Positions 1 to 13,526 of a stretch of DNA of 64,000 nucleotides are shown here, piece by piece. A program made the translations under genes and the position numbers. The notes under the pieces were generated by a model that worked only from the letters and a program-made list of their open reading frames with translations, did not search any database and was not told where the DNA came from. How positions within the stretch are numbered: the first letter of the stretch is position 1; each line of letters starts with the position of its first letter. This stretch comes from Geosiphon pyriformis uo1 (lineage: Eukaryota > Fungi > Glomeromycota): the NCBI GenBank assembly GCA_016748015.1, contig JAAOMT010000603.1:288373-352372 (forward strand), in the 5' to 3' direction.

Positions 1-171
1 ATTTATTTATTATTAACTTTGATTTTAATGACTAAAAGAAGCAAGATTTTTATCATTTGAGTAATGTGATTTATGCCTGGTTTTTCCACGTCACTACATA
101 GCTGTCAATATCTGTTATAGCATGGTTTCCAAGTTCAAATACTTCAAATTGATTAAACACGATTTATAAAC

Positions 172-1773
172 ATGAACTTGTTAAAACCAAGCTTCGTAAC
201 CGTATGCAGCCTTGGCGTTCTTGTTCGTGTAGTATTTCTTGCCTATGGGGAGTGGCAAGACGCGAACATGCAAGTAAAATATACAGACGTTGACTACAAA
301 GTATTCACAGACGCGGCGCGTTTGGTAACCCAGGGAAGAAGTCCATACGCTCGCGCCACATACCGTTATACACCTTTATTAGCCTTTCTTCTCACGCCAA
401 ATATTTATATTCATCCAGTATTTGGGAAACTACTTTTTGTACTGGCTGACCTTCTTGTTGGCTACCTAATATGTCAACTACTTTTGTTACGGGGTTTGGG
501 GAAAGAAAAAGCCGTCTTGCTAACAGGGGCCACCTGGTTATTGAATCCAATGGTGGCAGCGATCTCGACGCGCGGTAACGCAGAGAGTTTACTTGGCGCT
601 ATGATTCTTTTGACCATATACTGGATATTGACCAAACGATTCGTTTCCGCAAGCCTTTTATATGGTATATCGGTTCATTTTAAGTTATATCCTATTATAT
701 ATGCGATACCATTGGTAATTTTACTGGATGATGAGGATTATTCGGGACATAGAAGGAAGGGAAAGGAGAAGGCATATCCTCGTTGGAGTAGACAATATTG
801 GAATCGCCAAATTACCATGTTTGTAACTCCAACACGTATTCGATTTGCTCTTTTGAGTGGTGGGATTTTTTTCATATTGAATGCCTTCATGTATTACCTG
901 TATGTATTAAATCATTATGTTTTGAAAAGGATAAAATATCAAAAATTCATACCATATCCCTGGTATTTTCGAATTAAAAACCAATTCTTTCTTCAAAAGT
1001 TACTCTCAAGAATTCCTTAAAGAGACATATCTCTACCATGTAACCCGCAGAGATCATCGACATAATTTTTCCTTATGGTTCTACTATATATATCTAAACT
1101 ATCATTCCCAGACACGTTTACCATGGTTGGGTTGGCAGGGATTTTTGCAGCTGGGTTCGGTCACATTACTTGGATCGGTTTTTGGGAAAGACATTTTTTT
1201 CGCATTATTCGTCCAGACTTTTGCCTTCGTAACTTATAATCGAGTATGCACGTCACAGGTAAAGCCATCTATTCAATGTAAAAAGATCAATTACAGATTC
1301 AATTTAAAGACGAATCTTTCAAAAATTCTTCATGTGTAATACTAATCTTCCGCAGTATTTCATGTGGTATATATGCCTCTTCCCGCTGATTATTCCATCA
1401 ACCACTTTAACCTTTAAATATAGAGGGTTTTTAATGATTCTCGCATGGGTCGGAAGTCAGGTAAAGCGTAAAGCCTATTTAATTCAACTATTGAATAAAC
1501 ACTTTGAGAAATTACTAAAATTAAAGATTTTAGGGTTTGTGGCTATACCAAGCCTATCAATTGGAGTTTCTTGGGGAGAACACATTTTTCGGGACATGGT
1601 TGGCGAGTGTCTTGTTTTTCTCAGTTAACATATGGATTTTGACTGAATTAATTAAAAATCACGAATATGATTCGGTGTTTGAATTGGGACAAATTAAAAA
1701 AGTTTGGGAAAAATGGCCTTCAAAAAAGAATAAAGAGCAAGGTGGTGACCCAAACTATATGAAAGATATCTGA
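172..1773 (+). CDS. GPI14: GPI mannosyltransferase I (PIG-M), 4 exons
   Basis: Motifs YTDVDYKVFTDAA, TYRYTPLLA, STRGNAES, SVHFKLYP, YHVTRRDHRHNFS, NRVCTSQYFMWY, AYQLEFLG. GT-AG introns at ~900-999, ~1259-1355 and ~1461-1533. Confidence 0.95.
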
Positions 1774-1858
1774 ATGCAGAAGGAAATTTATGAACCTATA
1801 AGAATTGAGGAAATAAAGAGGATGTAAGAGCAATTATTTAAATATTAAAGACCTTTGT

Positions 1859-3831
1859 TTAAATATTTTTTTTACTTCTCATTTGTTCCAAGTTTTCTGT
1901 AATGGTATTCAATAGGTGTGACACATATTCTTGATCGTTTGCATCCGGTTGATTTCCTTGGTCAACGAAAAGCGAAAAGTCCGGTCCATATTGCTCAAAA
2001 TATTCATGCTCTGGTATATCGTGGGGCAGTGGTATCTCAATCAACAAGCTGGTGACGTAGGCATTGCATCTTGCAACGTTCGCATGATTATATCCGCCTA
2101 TAATTAATAAGTGGCTTAGTAAAGGAAATGCCTAACAAGGGTGAAACAATTTCGGGGGTATTAAGTAGATCGATAGAATACCGCCTCCTAAGATCAATGT
2201 TGGTTTTTTCCAATCGACAATCCCTTTTACACATTGACCAAAGCTTTGAATATCCAAATTCCATTCACGAGACGGATCTCCAAACAAGCCTAGTAATCCA
2301 GAACAATGGATCTTATTTTCCAAGAAACTCTTCAAGAATCATTCAATGAGCAAAGAGTCTTTAGATACCATCGCATCCACATTGTACAACAATTGAATGA
2401 GGCTCGAATGCATTATATGCTGCATTCAAGATCCGCTCGGATAGGTATAGAAATGTTGATCCTTTTAAACCTTGTTTGAGTGGTACGTTAATAGCATGAT
2501 ATAACCCTTTGCCTTGGCCTACGTGGTTTAGTGCTCCAGTACCTTTAGTGAATTGATGAAATTAATTAAAAATAGATATGCTAAATATTTTGAAGGAATC
2601 CAAATATAACCTACCTGGATAAAAGCCTGTCGCATAATAATGAAATGAAATTGTCATCACCTTATCGGTATATAAAAATGCGCTTTCAACGCCTGATCTA
2701 AATAAAAATTTAAGATTGTTACATAGGCCTCTTGTTCTTGACTTTGGAAGCGATCATAGGAAAATTAGGAACTTGCCGTCCGAATGATGTAAATCAAGAT
2801 CAATGTAAAGGACCTTGGAGAACTTTTGTCGTAATTCTATTATCCCAAGCACTATATCATTCACGTAGCAGAATCCGTGGCATTCAGATTTTTTCGCGTG
2901 ATGTCTGATATGTATTTGTAGACGTGAGCTTAACATGCGATCGTAACTTCAGGTCAAAGAAAGATATGATCAACGGACCTGCCACCATCCCAATGAATAG
3001 CAACGTCGAATTCTCCATTGACGAGTAAACGAGCAGCTATGATTGTGGACCCGGCAACCATACGCACATACTCCGCTAACCCCGGGAATATAGGACAATC
3101 CTTTTAAATAGGTCAAATATTCTAGTTCTATCGCATGTGCAAGAAATATAGAGGTTTAAGTAGTTTTATTAATGAAACGCATACATATGCTAGTCCGTAA
3201 TCTTCAACAAGCTCCTCAAATGTCCCCCCTTCCTCCCATTCATTATCATCGATTCCGTCCCTATCATTGGATTTAACGCGGATATCTTCCTTCTTAGTAA
3301 ATTCATTGGGAGAATTCTCCACATTAAGGAGAAAATCTTTTCATTGATCCATTATATCATTTATTAATGAACGTAATAACTGAAAAATTTGAATTAATGA
3401 TTGATTTCTAAATCATACCTATAAAATCGCTTGAATGGAATTGTGTCAAGTCTTGGAGAGTCGCATGGTAAGGTTCTATAAGACTAAAAGGTTTTATAGA
3501 AAATGAAGGTGATATCGCAAGAGATTGGCAAAATTAAAAGTTTTAGTTACATATTTAAAAGAATTATACCTTAACTTTTCAAAGAGACTGTAAGCTCGAA
3601 TAAGCGAGTGGGTTAGAAAAGACTATATTGAAAAAATAAATAAATATAAGTCTTTATTACGTATCAATAGGAAGGGTTCTACGTGAGAATATATTTTTAA
3701 GCTAAAAAATTCACTCTATTTTGATTTGAAGGTAATAACGCTGCAACTTTAGTGTATTCGTCTGAGAATACGTAACCGACACGACGAGAACTTTTAATCT
3801 CCAAGGAGTTGGTGAGGTTTGCAGTCAACAT
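1859..3831 (-). CDS. Class I histone deacetylase, HOS1/HDAC8-like, multi-exon
   Basis: Motifs [45 protein letters not shown] and [14 protein letters not shown]; N-terminus ...[11 protein letters not shown] at 3831. Confidence 0.92.
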
Positions 3832-4093
3832 AAGAAGCAAAAAGTTTCAAATCTAATATATGTCGTGAAAGATTTGAAATTTTAATTTATTCTTCACGTG
3901 TGAGGATCAGAAAGATGGAATAACATCAAATAAAAATATTATATCATTCCCAAATATGTTTATGATCGGTTGTGCAATACTTCACCACCTAGGTTAAAAC
4001 TGTGATTGAAAGAAAAAATCGAATTATATACTATTTCTATTTTTTTGAAGGTGATATTTTCAAAAAAGAATTTGACACAAAAAGCTCATTCAA

Positions 4094-5843
4094 TCATATG
4101 ACCAAATCTTCATCTGGATCCTCTTCATCGAAATCATCTGCATCATCTGGTTCATAAAATATAGATCCACCACCACCACCACCACCACTACTGCTACTAT
4201 GGTCTCCATAGCCAACGAGTGAGCCCTCAGTCTCGTATTGATCTGTATAAAAAAAATTTAAAAAATGTAACCAATAATATAAACAAAGACTATGAACAAA
4301 GAATAGTAAAATCACCTTGAACTTTTGTATATGGCAAAATCACTTGATCTTTTGCTTTTTTCTGTTTTTCAGTGAGACTCAGGTTAAAGAGTAAATTGGC
4401 AGTAGTAGGATCAGACTTTTTTGTCAAAAAGATATAATCAATGTGAGTATATAATAAAAAAGAAAGTTACTAATATAAATTAATATATTTCAGGCTTACT
4501 GTCTTTTCCTCATTAAAATCTAAATCCTCTTTGATTCCATTCGTTTGACTTATAACGAGGTTGGAACCCATATCATCTAACAAGTAGGTATTGGTCTAGA
4601 CACGTAAGCCATGTGGTCAAAATTCCAAAAAATTTAATAAAATATAATTTTATTGAACAGTTTATATCCTTACAAACCTCATATAACACTTTCCCTGATC
4701 TCTTTTTATGCTCCATAATACAAACACCAGATATTAAAGAATTAATTTCATCAGTAATCATCTCTTCATTGAAATCATTTGCGAATCCTGGCCGATTGAT
4801 CTCTCTTTGAAATCGTTCTGAATTTTTTAAAGTGATAGTGGTGGTCGCTAAATGTGAAAGCGTATTTCTAATATTCAAAGCTGATGATGCTGTGGGAATA
4901 TCTGAATGGTAGATCGCAATTAATCTACTATTTTCTACGAGAATAATGATATTAAAAGATTGAGTGAAAGTTGGGATTGATTTTTTTTTTTTGAGAGAGC
5001 ATGAACATGAACATGAACATGATCTATCCTACCAGACGTGAAAGTTGACAAATTTTTCAGTAATCGAAAAGTTGATGTTGTCGACGCGGAAAGGAGGGGT
5101 GTGAGAGAATCTATAAAGATTGTGAATCTTGGTTTTTCCACTTTTTATGAAAAAATCCAAATTAAAAGAATTCGATGAGAATCATTTGAAATCGAAAGGG
5201 ATGTAATATTTTCAAAAAAAAAAAACCTCAGTCAAAAAGATGAATTACATTTTTTTACCAAATCTTTTAATTTATTTGTAATCATTTGAAAATCGTCAAG
5301 TCTCTTGATGAATTGACTTTTGGAATTTATTGTTAATGTTCCTTGACTGTGATTACTATCACTATCACTACAACTGAAACTCTCATCAATTTCATAAGGA
5401 TGCGAATAAGTATACCCATCCAATACGAATACGCTATTACAATGAATAGAAGATGTTGTTATAAATGTTTAACCAAAAATGCATTTTTGAAAAAAGAATT
5501 AGATTTTGATAAAATCAATATGCCTTTCTTTTCCGTGTAATAAATCCTGTAAGAAATAATTTGGGGAATATTCAGTAGAAAAAAGAATAATTGAATGATC
5601 CCTAATCATCGAGTTTAAAGATTAAAAAAAAATACTTTTGTGTTTTTAATATGTAGAAAATGATTAATATTATACTTGATCTGGTATAAAAAATAAAAAA
5701 TGAAATGCTCACTCGATCATCTTTGCCGATTTGATGAATTCTTTTAATAGTGTCAAACCAGACTGTATAATTGTGTCTTCGATAATGATAAAAGGTGAAT
5801 TTTCTTTCAAGTGAAGCAAACGATTTAGAAGTGGGGAGTTCAT
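4094..5843 (-). CDS. ELP5: Elongator complex subunit 5, multi-exon
   Basis: Diagnostic C-terminus ANLLFNLSLTEKQKKAKDQVILPY...IFYEPDDADDFDEEDPDEDLVI, plus EHKKRSGK and IFIDSLTPLL. Confidence 0.9.
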
Positions 5844-6193
5844 GATTTTTGAATTTCCCATCATTCAAAAAATTGATGCCAGAATGGGAAATTTATTAAG
5901 AACCGCGTTTTTATACTGTTTGATTCAATTTTCATTTTTTTTCGTGATTCACTTTCAATTGTGATTGGTAAATGTGATCCCAAAGTCAATCTAGAGTTGC
6001 AACTCGAGACAGATTAGAATTCGATTTTAATGTTCACGTGGTGTGTTCAAATATTTCGTTTCGAGATTTGGAAATTCAAAATTCCGAAACTGATCTTTTT
6101 TTAATATTGCATGAGAACCTGATTACTTATTTTCCTTTTCTAGATATTCAGTATTCAATGATTGTTTGAATTGGATAAATTCACATCCGAAAT

Positions 6194-8455
6194 TTAAGTC
6201 TGACCAAAGTGACGCCACTCTGTAGTCATTTCTTGTAATTGGTTTTTATCAATTCTAGAAAATTGCTCGAAATTAATATTCATATTCGCAACATCAATCC
6301 CACCAACGCCAGGTCCTCCTACTGAGGTCTCAAAACATTCAAAGCCTATGGCGGTCAAGTCGTTTTTTACAAGGTCTATCACGTTTTGAGGAACGTCTTC
6401 AAAATAAATCAAATCATTGATAATGGATACTGGTTCAAAAAATCATAATTTCAAATTTGAAAAAGATGTAATGAAAATCATATTGATATATACCGTCACG
6501 TAACAAGATAATTGCACACCCGCCACCTCCAGCTCCCGTGAGTTTAGAGTGCAGACCATATTTTGCGCTAATATCACGTACTTTATCAAGTGCTAGGTGC
6601 CCAACACCCAAAGAAGTAATCAGGTAATGATTTAGATCGATTAATTCCTAAATGAATCCAAGACGAAGTTGATAATGGGTGGAAAATAATGAACCTATTT
6701 TGTCTTATAAAAGGTCGCGTATGAACATAATTGACAAACCAAGATTACCTCAAGATCTTCAAATAGGCTCGAGCTCTTGACATCTTTAAAGAAATTGCGT
6801 TTGAATGAATTATGATAAGAAAAATGGCTATCCGATAATTTGATAATTTCATACCAATAGATTTCAGAATATCTTTTAATGACATGCTGACTCCCTCAAT
6901 TGCATCCAAGATCGGGTTAACAATATGTGGGTACTTTTGAAAAAGAATATAATGAGCAAGATGGTTGGTAATGATAAACACTTAATCATATGAGCATTTA
7001 AACTCACCTTGTCGCGTTTGAGCCGAACATTAGCAACTTGAGTTCGCGTATCACGGGGAACTTTTGTATTGATAAGGAGAAAACGAATAGATTGAAATCT
7101 ATCAATTAATTTCCCGTAAATGTACATTAGTGTGCTTTTTAGAAAACATTAAAATTAGTTGCATAAATTATTCATTTACAGACCGTAAAATAAAATAATC
7201 AGCTATAATCATTATTTAATGAGAAGATGAATCATTGCGCTTACCCTTTCAAGTTTTCCATTACTCCTTTTGTAAATTGTACCGCTCCTCCTGAACGATA
7301 AAAATATTCTTATGATTGGGAAATCGGGGAATAAATGTGTAGAATATAATTTAAGGCGAATTACCAAAAGTAGCAACCGTATTATCAATTCCTGAAGGAG
7401 TTCCATGGATCACTTTCTCGGCTTGGAAGGCCCAACGATTGATCAACTCTCGGGCATGTGATGGAAAAGATGATGATAAAAGTGTGTCGATATTCTCAGA
7501 ATTATCATCAGCATGATCAACTTTGATATAGCCGAGTAATAATAACAATCCTGTGGCTAAACACACCGAATAAGAGGCTGAAGAACCAAGACCAGCTCCA
7601 ACAGGAATCAAGGATCGTACATTAATTCTCAAACCATGTCTATAGAATAAGAAATAGGTTAACCTTGGTCATTAAACCTATCAAGAAACTTGACAGTTGG
7701 AATAAATCGATAAATTAAATCATAAGGGATCGGGAATTGAAAAACCAAACTCTGAAAGAATCACCATACTGTTCTTGAAGATGTAATGATTGGGCCGCAA
7801 TTAGCATTGTATACAAATACAGGAAAGCGGTAGCCGCTATTTCTTGTTGTTGAATTTGGACCGGGGTTAGCGATGCTTTTTGTGTGATAGCATATTCATT
7901 AATCTTGGTGATGGCAAGCGATTTTACTTTTTCATAAACGAGTTGATTGAAGAGTTCTACCAAGATTCATTTGTAAGAATCACTATAATCATTGAAAAAG
8001 ATAAAATTCGAACTTTTTCATAAATATGATCCAAACCTTTATCACAATCTTGCTGTTTTAAAAGCTCATATGGAAGCATGGATGTTTTCCAAGTTAACGA
8101 CTTGTCCGACGTAGACCCAAGATCGGGCACATAAAGTTCTACCACATTATCCTCACGTGATTCTAACAATAAATAAGAACGAAGACTAACGCTACCAGCT
8201 ATTGCAGTCTAAATAACAAAGAAAGCCACCAGGTCGAGAATAAACTTATTTTGTGTTTTCGCAAAGTTGATAAGCAAGTTTCCCCTCCTTCTAAGGAACC
8301 TTCTATACATTTCAAAAGAAAAACCAAAAACATCAAAAGAACATTTAAACCCAAACCTTGCCATAAACCACCGCGTGCTCCCCAAATAAAATAACTTTTC
8401 CTGGAGCAGATACAAGGAACTTTTTTTGTTTGTTTTTTGTGGAAAGTGATGACAT
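6194..8455 (-). CDS. ERG12: Mevalonate kinase, multi-exon
   Basis: SAPGKVILFGEHAVVYGK, GHMP motif IPVGAGLGSSAS, EKVIHGTPSGIDN and SKLTGAGGGGC. Confidence 0.96.
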
Positions 8456-8831
8456 ATGTTCTTGCGACATGATAATGTTTGACCTTTCACGAAAACGAAG
8501 GATTGGATATCAAATGATGGAAATTTTTAAATGAACGATTATTTTGAGCACACAAATCACTCGTGTAGCCATTCGGATCAATATATATTTTTCCTTTGGT
8601 ATTAATGAATTTGTATGTTTGTAAAGAAATTCCAATGAATCTCCCGAAAAGTCGAAATTAAATTATATCGAAAGAAAATTTCAAAAAAGGGCTTGTTTTC
8701 TCTTGGAATTAGTTAAGGATAATCGTGATCGAGAAATAATATTAAGGTAAAAAAAACTACGATAAAATATTTCTACCCTGAAAACACTACTTTACAAAAT
8801 TACATATTATTACAGTTTAGAATACAAGATG

Positions 8832-10660
8832 TTAAATAATGAACGCACTAAAAACGGAAGCGAGTAAAGCGACCGCGATTGAGGCGAATAAAGTAGTGGT
8901 TGAAGCGATAGTGACATCACCAGCAGATTTTGGGGACTGCCCGGTATTAGAATCATTTTTACCATCAGAATCATTTTTACCATTAGAGTCATTTTCAACA
9001 TCAACAGCAGTTGGACAACTGATGGCACGATCCTATTGGTTTAATTAAATGATATGAATTAATTTTAAATAGGTAATCACAGAAGGGAATCACACTGATT
9101 TGCCAGAAGTCATCATTACCACTAAGGGACCATTTGAATCAGTACAATTTCGAGCACTAGTGATTTTCTTGATTTCACCAATTGCAACATTTCTCAACCA
9201 AATTCTTTGATACGAGGAAGTCGGCAATTGAGAATTCACCGCGTTCATCACATCCTCCAATAGAGCGTCTCCCATTGGAACCGCCGATTCGAACCAATCA
9301 CGGCCATCAGTCGGATTTACCAGACCATCTTCGCGAAAGATTTTCTTTTTCTTGATGAATTTGTAAGCGCTATTATCGGCCGTAGGAGATAGACCAAAGT
9401 TGGTAAGGACTTCCTCGAGGTTGCTGGCGATATAGGTTTCATCGATCAAGATGTCAACGTTTGAAATCGCTTTTAGAAATGATTCACTGGTACTATATTG
9501 AAGCGGTGTAGTGTTGAAATAAGTAGCACCAGCGTCTTCGGTCAATTTTTTTTTATAAACAGAATCAGTGATTGTCCACGACGGAGTATTATTATTATAC
9601 TGGCTAGGGGCAAGATAAGCGACCCAGACGACAACCAGTTTAGTTGAGGGTGCTTTACTATTGGCCAATTTTTTAAGACAGTCATAGTTATCTTTGATCT
9701 GGGACACTAATTTTTGGGCGCGATCTTCAAGATCGAAAAACGCTCCATAGAATTCTAACCAATCAACACGATTCAAAGTTCCCGGGTCACTGACAGCGGA
9801 TGTGCTTACTGAATTCGCTGTTTTATTATCAGCAGTGTAGGCGCCAATCGCCAGATCAACTTTTTTCAAGGATTCAGCCCTTTGAGTAAAATTGTTAGAG
9901 AGTGTGGTGATGTTGGAACCTTTCAGGAGTTGAATACAAGCAGAGGAGATATCGGCCGAGGAGTCCAGCAAGGTAATAGAGGATCGGAGACCTAACATCT
10001 AATTACAAAAAAATAGTTTGGAGTTGATATTTCATCATTATCATAGAAAATATCTCGGAGAAGAAACCTTACCTCCAAATAACTGTTACTAGTAGTATCC
10101 AAAACAGCGACACTTTTTACCGGTACCGAGAACAATTTTGTGCCTACGGGAAGAACAGCAGCGGACGGAGGAGGCGTCCCACATTGGTAAAGAGCAAACG
10201 TTTCTTTGGTATAATTGTTTGTCAACAGTTTATAATTCTTAAAATATTGGATGCTAAACAGAGTAGCATCCTTAGCTAAAAATCACGATATGATATCAAA
10301 TTGAATTGAGTAATATATCAATTAGGGGGAAGTCTCAATAAGACTTTAATTAAACTAAGCTAAGCTAAACTCACGGGAAATCTTGGTTGGGAAATAATCG
10401 GTATTTGTATCAAATGCGGTAGCACAATCTTGTGAAGTCCCAGAAGATGCAGTGGCAGCGTAAGCCCCTCCAGCATGACCATTCAGGAGCGAAGGCGCCA
10501 GCAAGGTCACGAGGAAGAAGACACAAATGAAACGGAGATAGTAACTTCGGTAGACCGACATTCCATAGAAGCTCACCGGAAAAGTAAATCTTGGTTGATT
10601 TCTTGGTCCAAGAGAATCGTCTTTTGGGGATAGGCGAAGATTACTTTGGGTTGGAGACAT
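8832..10660 (-). CDS. Secreted, probably GPI-anchored periplasmic-binding-fold protein (BtuF/CBA1-like), 4 exons
   Basis: N-terminal hydrophobic stretch, DYFPTK, LYQCGTPPP, SVAVLDTT..YLE.LG, LNRVDWLEFYGAFF and DWFESAV..DALLED. The last exon ends in a small-residue linker plus a hydrophobic tail (...TLFASIAVALLASVFSAFII*). Confidence 0.75.
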
Positions 10661-11405
10661 TTTTGATGATATTTTATTGGTTTTTTTTTTAATCAAGTTA
10701 AATTGGCGGGAAGTAAAAAAGAGTAAAATAGTAAAACAATGAAGGAAATAAAGAGCAGTGAGAATTACAACTTGAAACTGGGTAAAAAGACTCAAATGCA
10801 ATATATGATTAAAAATGTTGAATAGTAAAATAGTGTGAAAATCAAGAAAATCCTATTCCTAAGAAGGAACTTGTTTTAAAAAGAAAACCACCAAAAGACG
10901 ATCGTTATAAATAATAAAAGTGAAGTTTAACAGTATTGTAAACTATATGAGCTAACTTATATCAAACCTGTGAAAAAAACGTTGGGTCGTCGCGTAAAAG
11001 TTGGGAATGATAAGAACGTAGGAAGTTGGTTCTGTATAGTTTGTGGGCTTCCTTACTACCAACTTCTATTCCCTAACCACTGACGACTGAAATTGAATAA
11101 ACTTTTTATATACAAAGTTTCTTGAGCAAAAAACTTTGTGTGAAGAAAGGCGCATTTTGTCCATATATCGTGTCATGCAAGTCTCGGGGGTTCAATTTTT
11201 TTTTAGGAAATTATCGAGTACAATGCGTGTGAAATACTATAACTGATTGATATTCCCAAAAAACTTTAAAAGCTCACCACCTGACTGAATTTAAAATAAA
11301 TGTTTCTCGACGATCATAGGTTAAATTTAAAAGGGATTTTTAATTTGTTTTTTTTTTTCTGACTACTATGTACTATTCGATAAATTAAATACTATAAAAT
11401 AAATA

Positions 11406-11406
<1 letters not shown>

Positions 11407-11451
<45 letters not shown>

Positions 11452-11470
11452 GTTATTATTGTTATTATTA
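11407..11470. repeat. (TTA)n microsatellite
   Basis: About 20 TTA/TTG units seen directly. Confidence 0.95.
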
Positions 11471-11863
11471 AAAGAAATAAATATTCCCTAGCAAATATTT
11501 TTGATTGCTCTTTGTAATATATTTGTTAACAATGATACTTTTTTTTGGAGGGGTATATTAATACAGGAAAGAAAAAGTTATCATAAAAAAGTCTTTTAGT
11601 TATAAACAATTTTTTCAAATTGAAAAACTGAAATGAAGTTAATCTAAACTTCTTTTGTTAAAAAGATTGGAAATGATCTCTGTAACATAGTATATAGTCT
11701 ATCATCGTAGCACTTGATGCTGTGAAGTATTTAATATTTATCATTACTATTTTTGGGTAATAACAAGATTCCCTCTTCAAAATGATCTCACCAGAGTTAT
11801 ATACTTTGAGATATATTCATAATTACATTTATTTCATTTTATCATACTCATTAAATCAAACTA

Positions 11864-12104
11864 ATGAACTCGTCATCTAAATTTTTATTTAGAGCATTCC
11901 TATTATCACACCATTCAATTCAAACTTTAAGATTTGAAAATGATTTTTTCAAATATAAAGTAGGAATCTTTTCGAGCCTTGGAAAAAATAATTTTTTCTT
12001 CAAAGTGAAATCACGATCATTCTTTTCACCAATAAGGATCATGTATATACAGGAAAATCAAAAAACTGAGGTTTTAAACGATAGTAGTTTGGAACTCATC
12101 AGCG

Positions 12105-12164
<60 letters not shown>

Positions 12165-13042
12165 TTGATAATATTGATAATATTGAAAAGACCCATCTGC
12201 TTCCATATCAATTTACACTGTTGCTTGTCGATACAAGAAAAGTAAGTTTTACAAAAACTCTTCTTCTCATAATAGGATAATTTTTGCTCATTTTTTTCAT
12301 TAACAAAACAAAATAGTCTCTGGTAAAAGCATGGGAATACGAAATCTCCAAACTTTCACTAAAAGTTCAACCGAACTCTACAATTCCTTCGTTGAAAGTA
12401 AAAACACATCTCTCCACTTTTCAAAATCTTTTAAAGACTGTTTCCGCTGAATGTATCGTTTCCCCAGCTAACAGTTTCGGTCTAATGGATGGTGGCATCG
12501 ATTATTACATCTCTGAATATTATGGCGGAGTTAACCAACTCATTCCTCTTGTACAACGTAATATTGAAGAAGAATGGTGCGGTGAACAAAATGTTGGTAC
12601 TTGTTTGTTGATTGATGTTAAATCCTTGGCAGAAAACATCAAATCATCAGCTGATGAAGGGACTATTAATATACCGAGATATATTGCACACTCTCCGACC
12701 ATGAGAACTCCAAAAAGTTTACATTCAGATGATGATATCGTCTATCGATGTATGTGGGCTGTATTGACCACCATTCGTAAACATAATGCGAATCTAAAGA
12801 AAAATGAGGAAAGGATTAATAAGGTGATTTGTGCTGGTTTTGGGACCGGAGTTGGTCAGTTCCCTGAGGAAGCATGCGCTAAACAGATGGCTTTAGCAGT
12901 GAAAAATTTTGTAGAAAGCTCAGCTAATAATTCGATAATTTCTAAAGAACAAGAAGTAGTGAGTAGTAATTTTTTGGTAAATTGGTCATATGCTGGTGAA
13001 ATAGAGTCTCGTATCCAAATTTTGCTTAATAATAAATATTAA
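11864..13042 (+). CDS. Macro-domain (Appr-1-p / ADP-ribose) protein with poly-Asn tract
   Basis: CIVSPANSFGLMDGGID, AHSPTMRTP and GFGTGVG. Intron ~12242-12316. The (AAT)n run at ~12106-12163 encodes poly-N. Confidence 0.88.
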
Positions 13043-13526
13043 AATGAAGAAAGTAATATATAAAGAGTAAATTTTTTGATGTTCCCATTATTTTTAAAAA
13101 TATTGATTAAATAACTTAATAAAATTATTAAATATTAAATTACATAAAAAATAGGACTTTATATTTTTATAGACTAAATTGGAAAAAATTAATCTTTTTT
13201 AATATTGAAAAATAACTCATGCGTTACAGTATAACGTGGTTTCTTTTTTCAATATTGGTATTATATTGTAAATTTAAAAACTACAATATTATATTAGATA
13301 ATATCAAATTTTTTTTTATATAAGCCATTTTAAATTTCATAAACTAAAAAATATTCACCAAAAAAATTATCACCTGAATACCGATAAATTTTATCTTGAA
13401 ATCTCAAAAATAAAAATCCTATTTTGAATCTCGGTCCCATCTTTCCCAAACTCTGGAATTATTAACTTATAATTTTTCACGTCTATCTCACACCATCTAA
13501 TTAAAATAATTAATTATTCTATTATC

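Noticed and set aside
2777-2810. HHSDG instead of HHGDG suggesting an inactive HDAC
   Set aside because: The metal ligands (D, H) are intact, and this position varies among HOS1-like enzymes.
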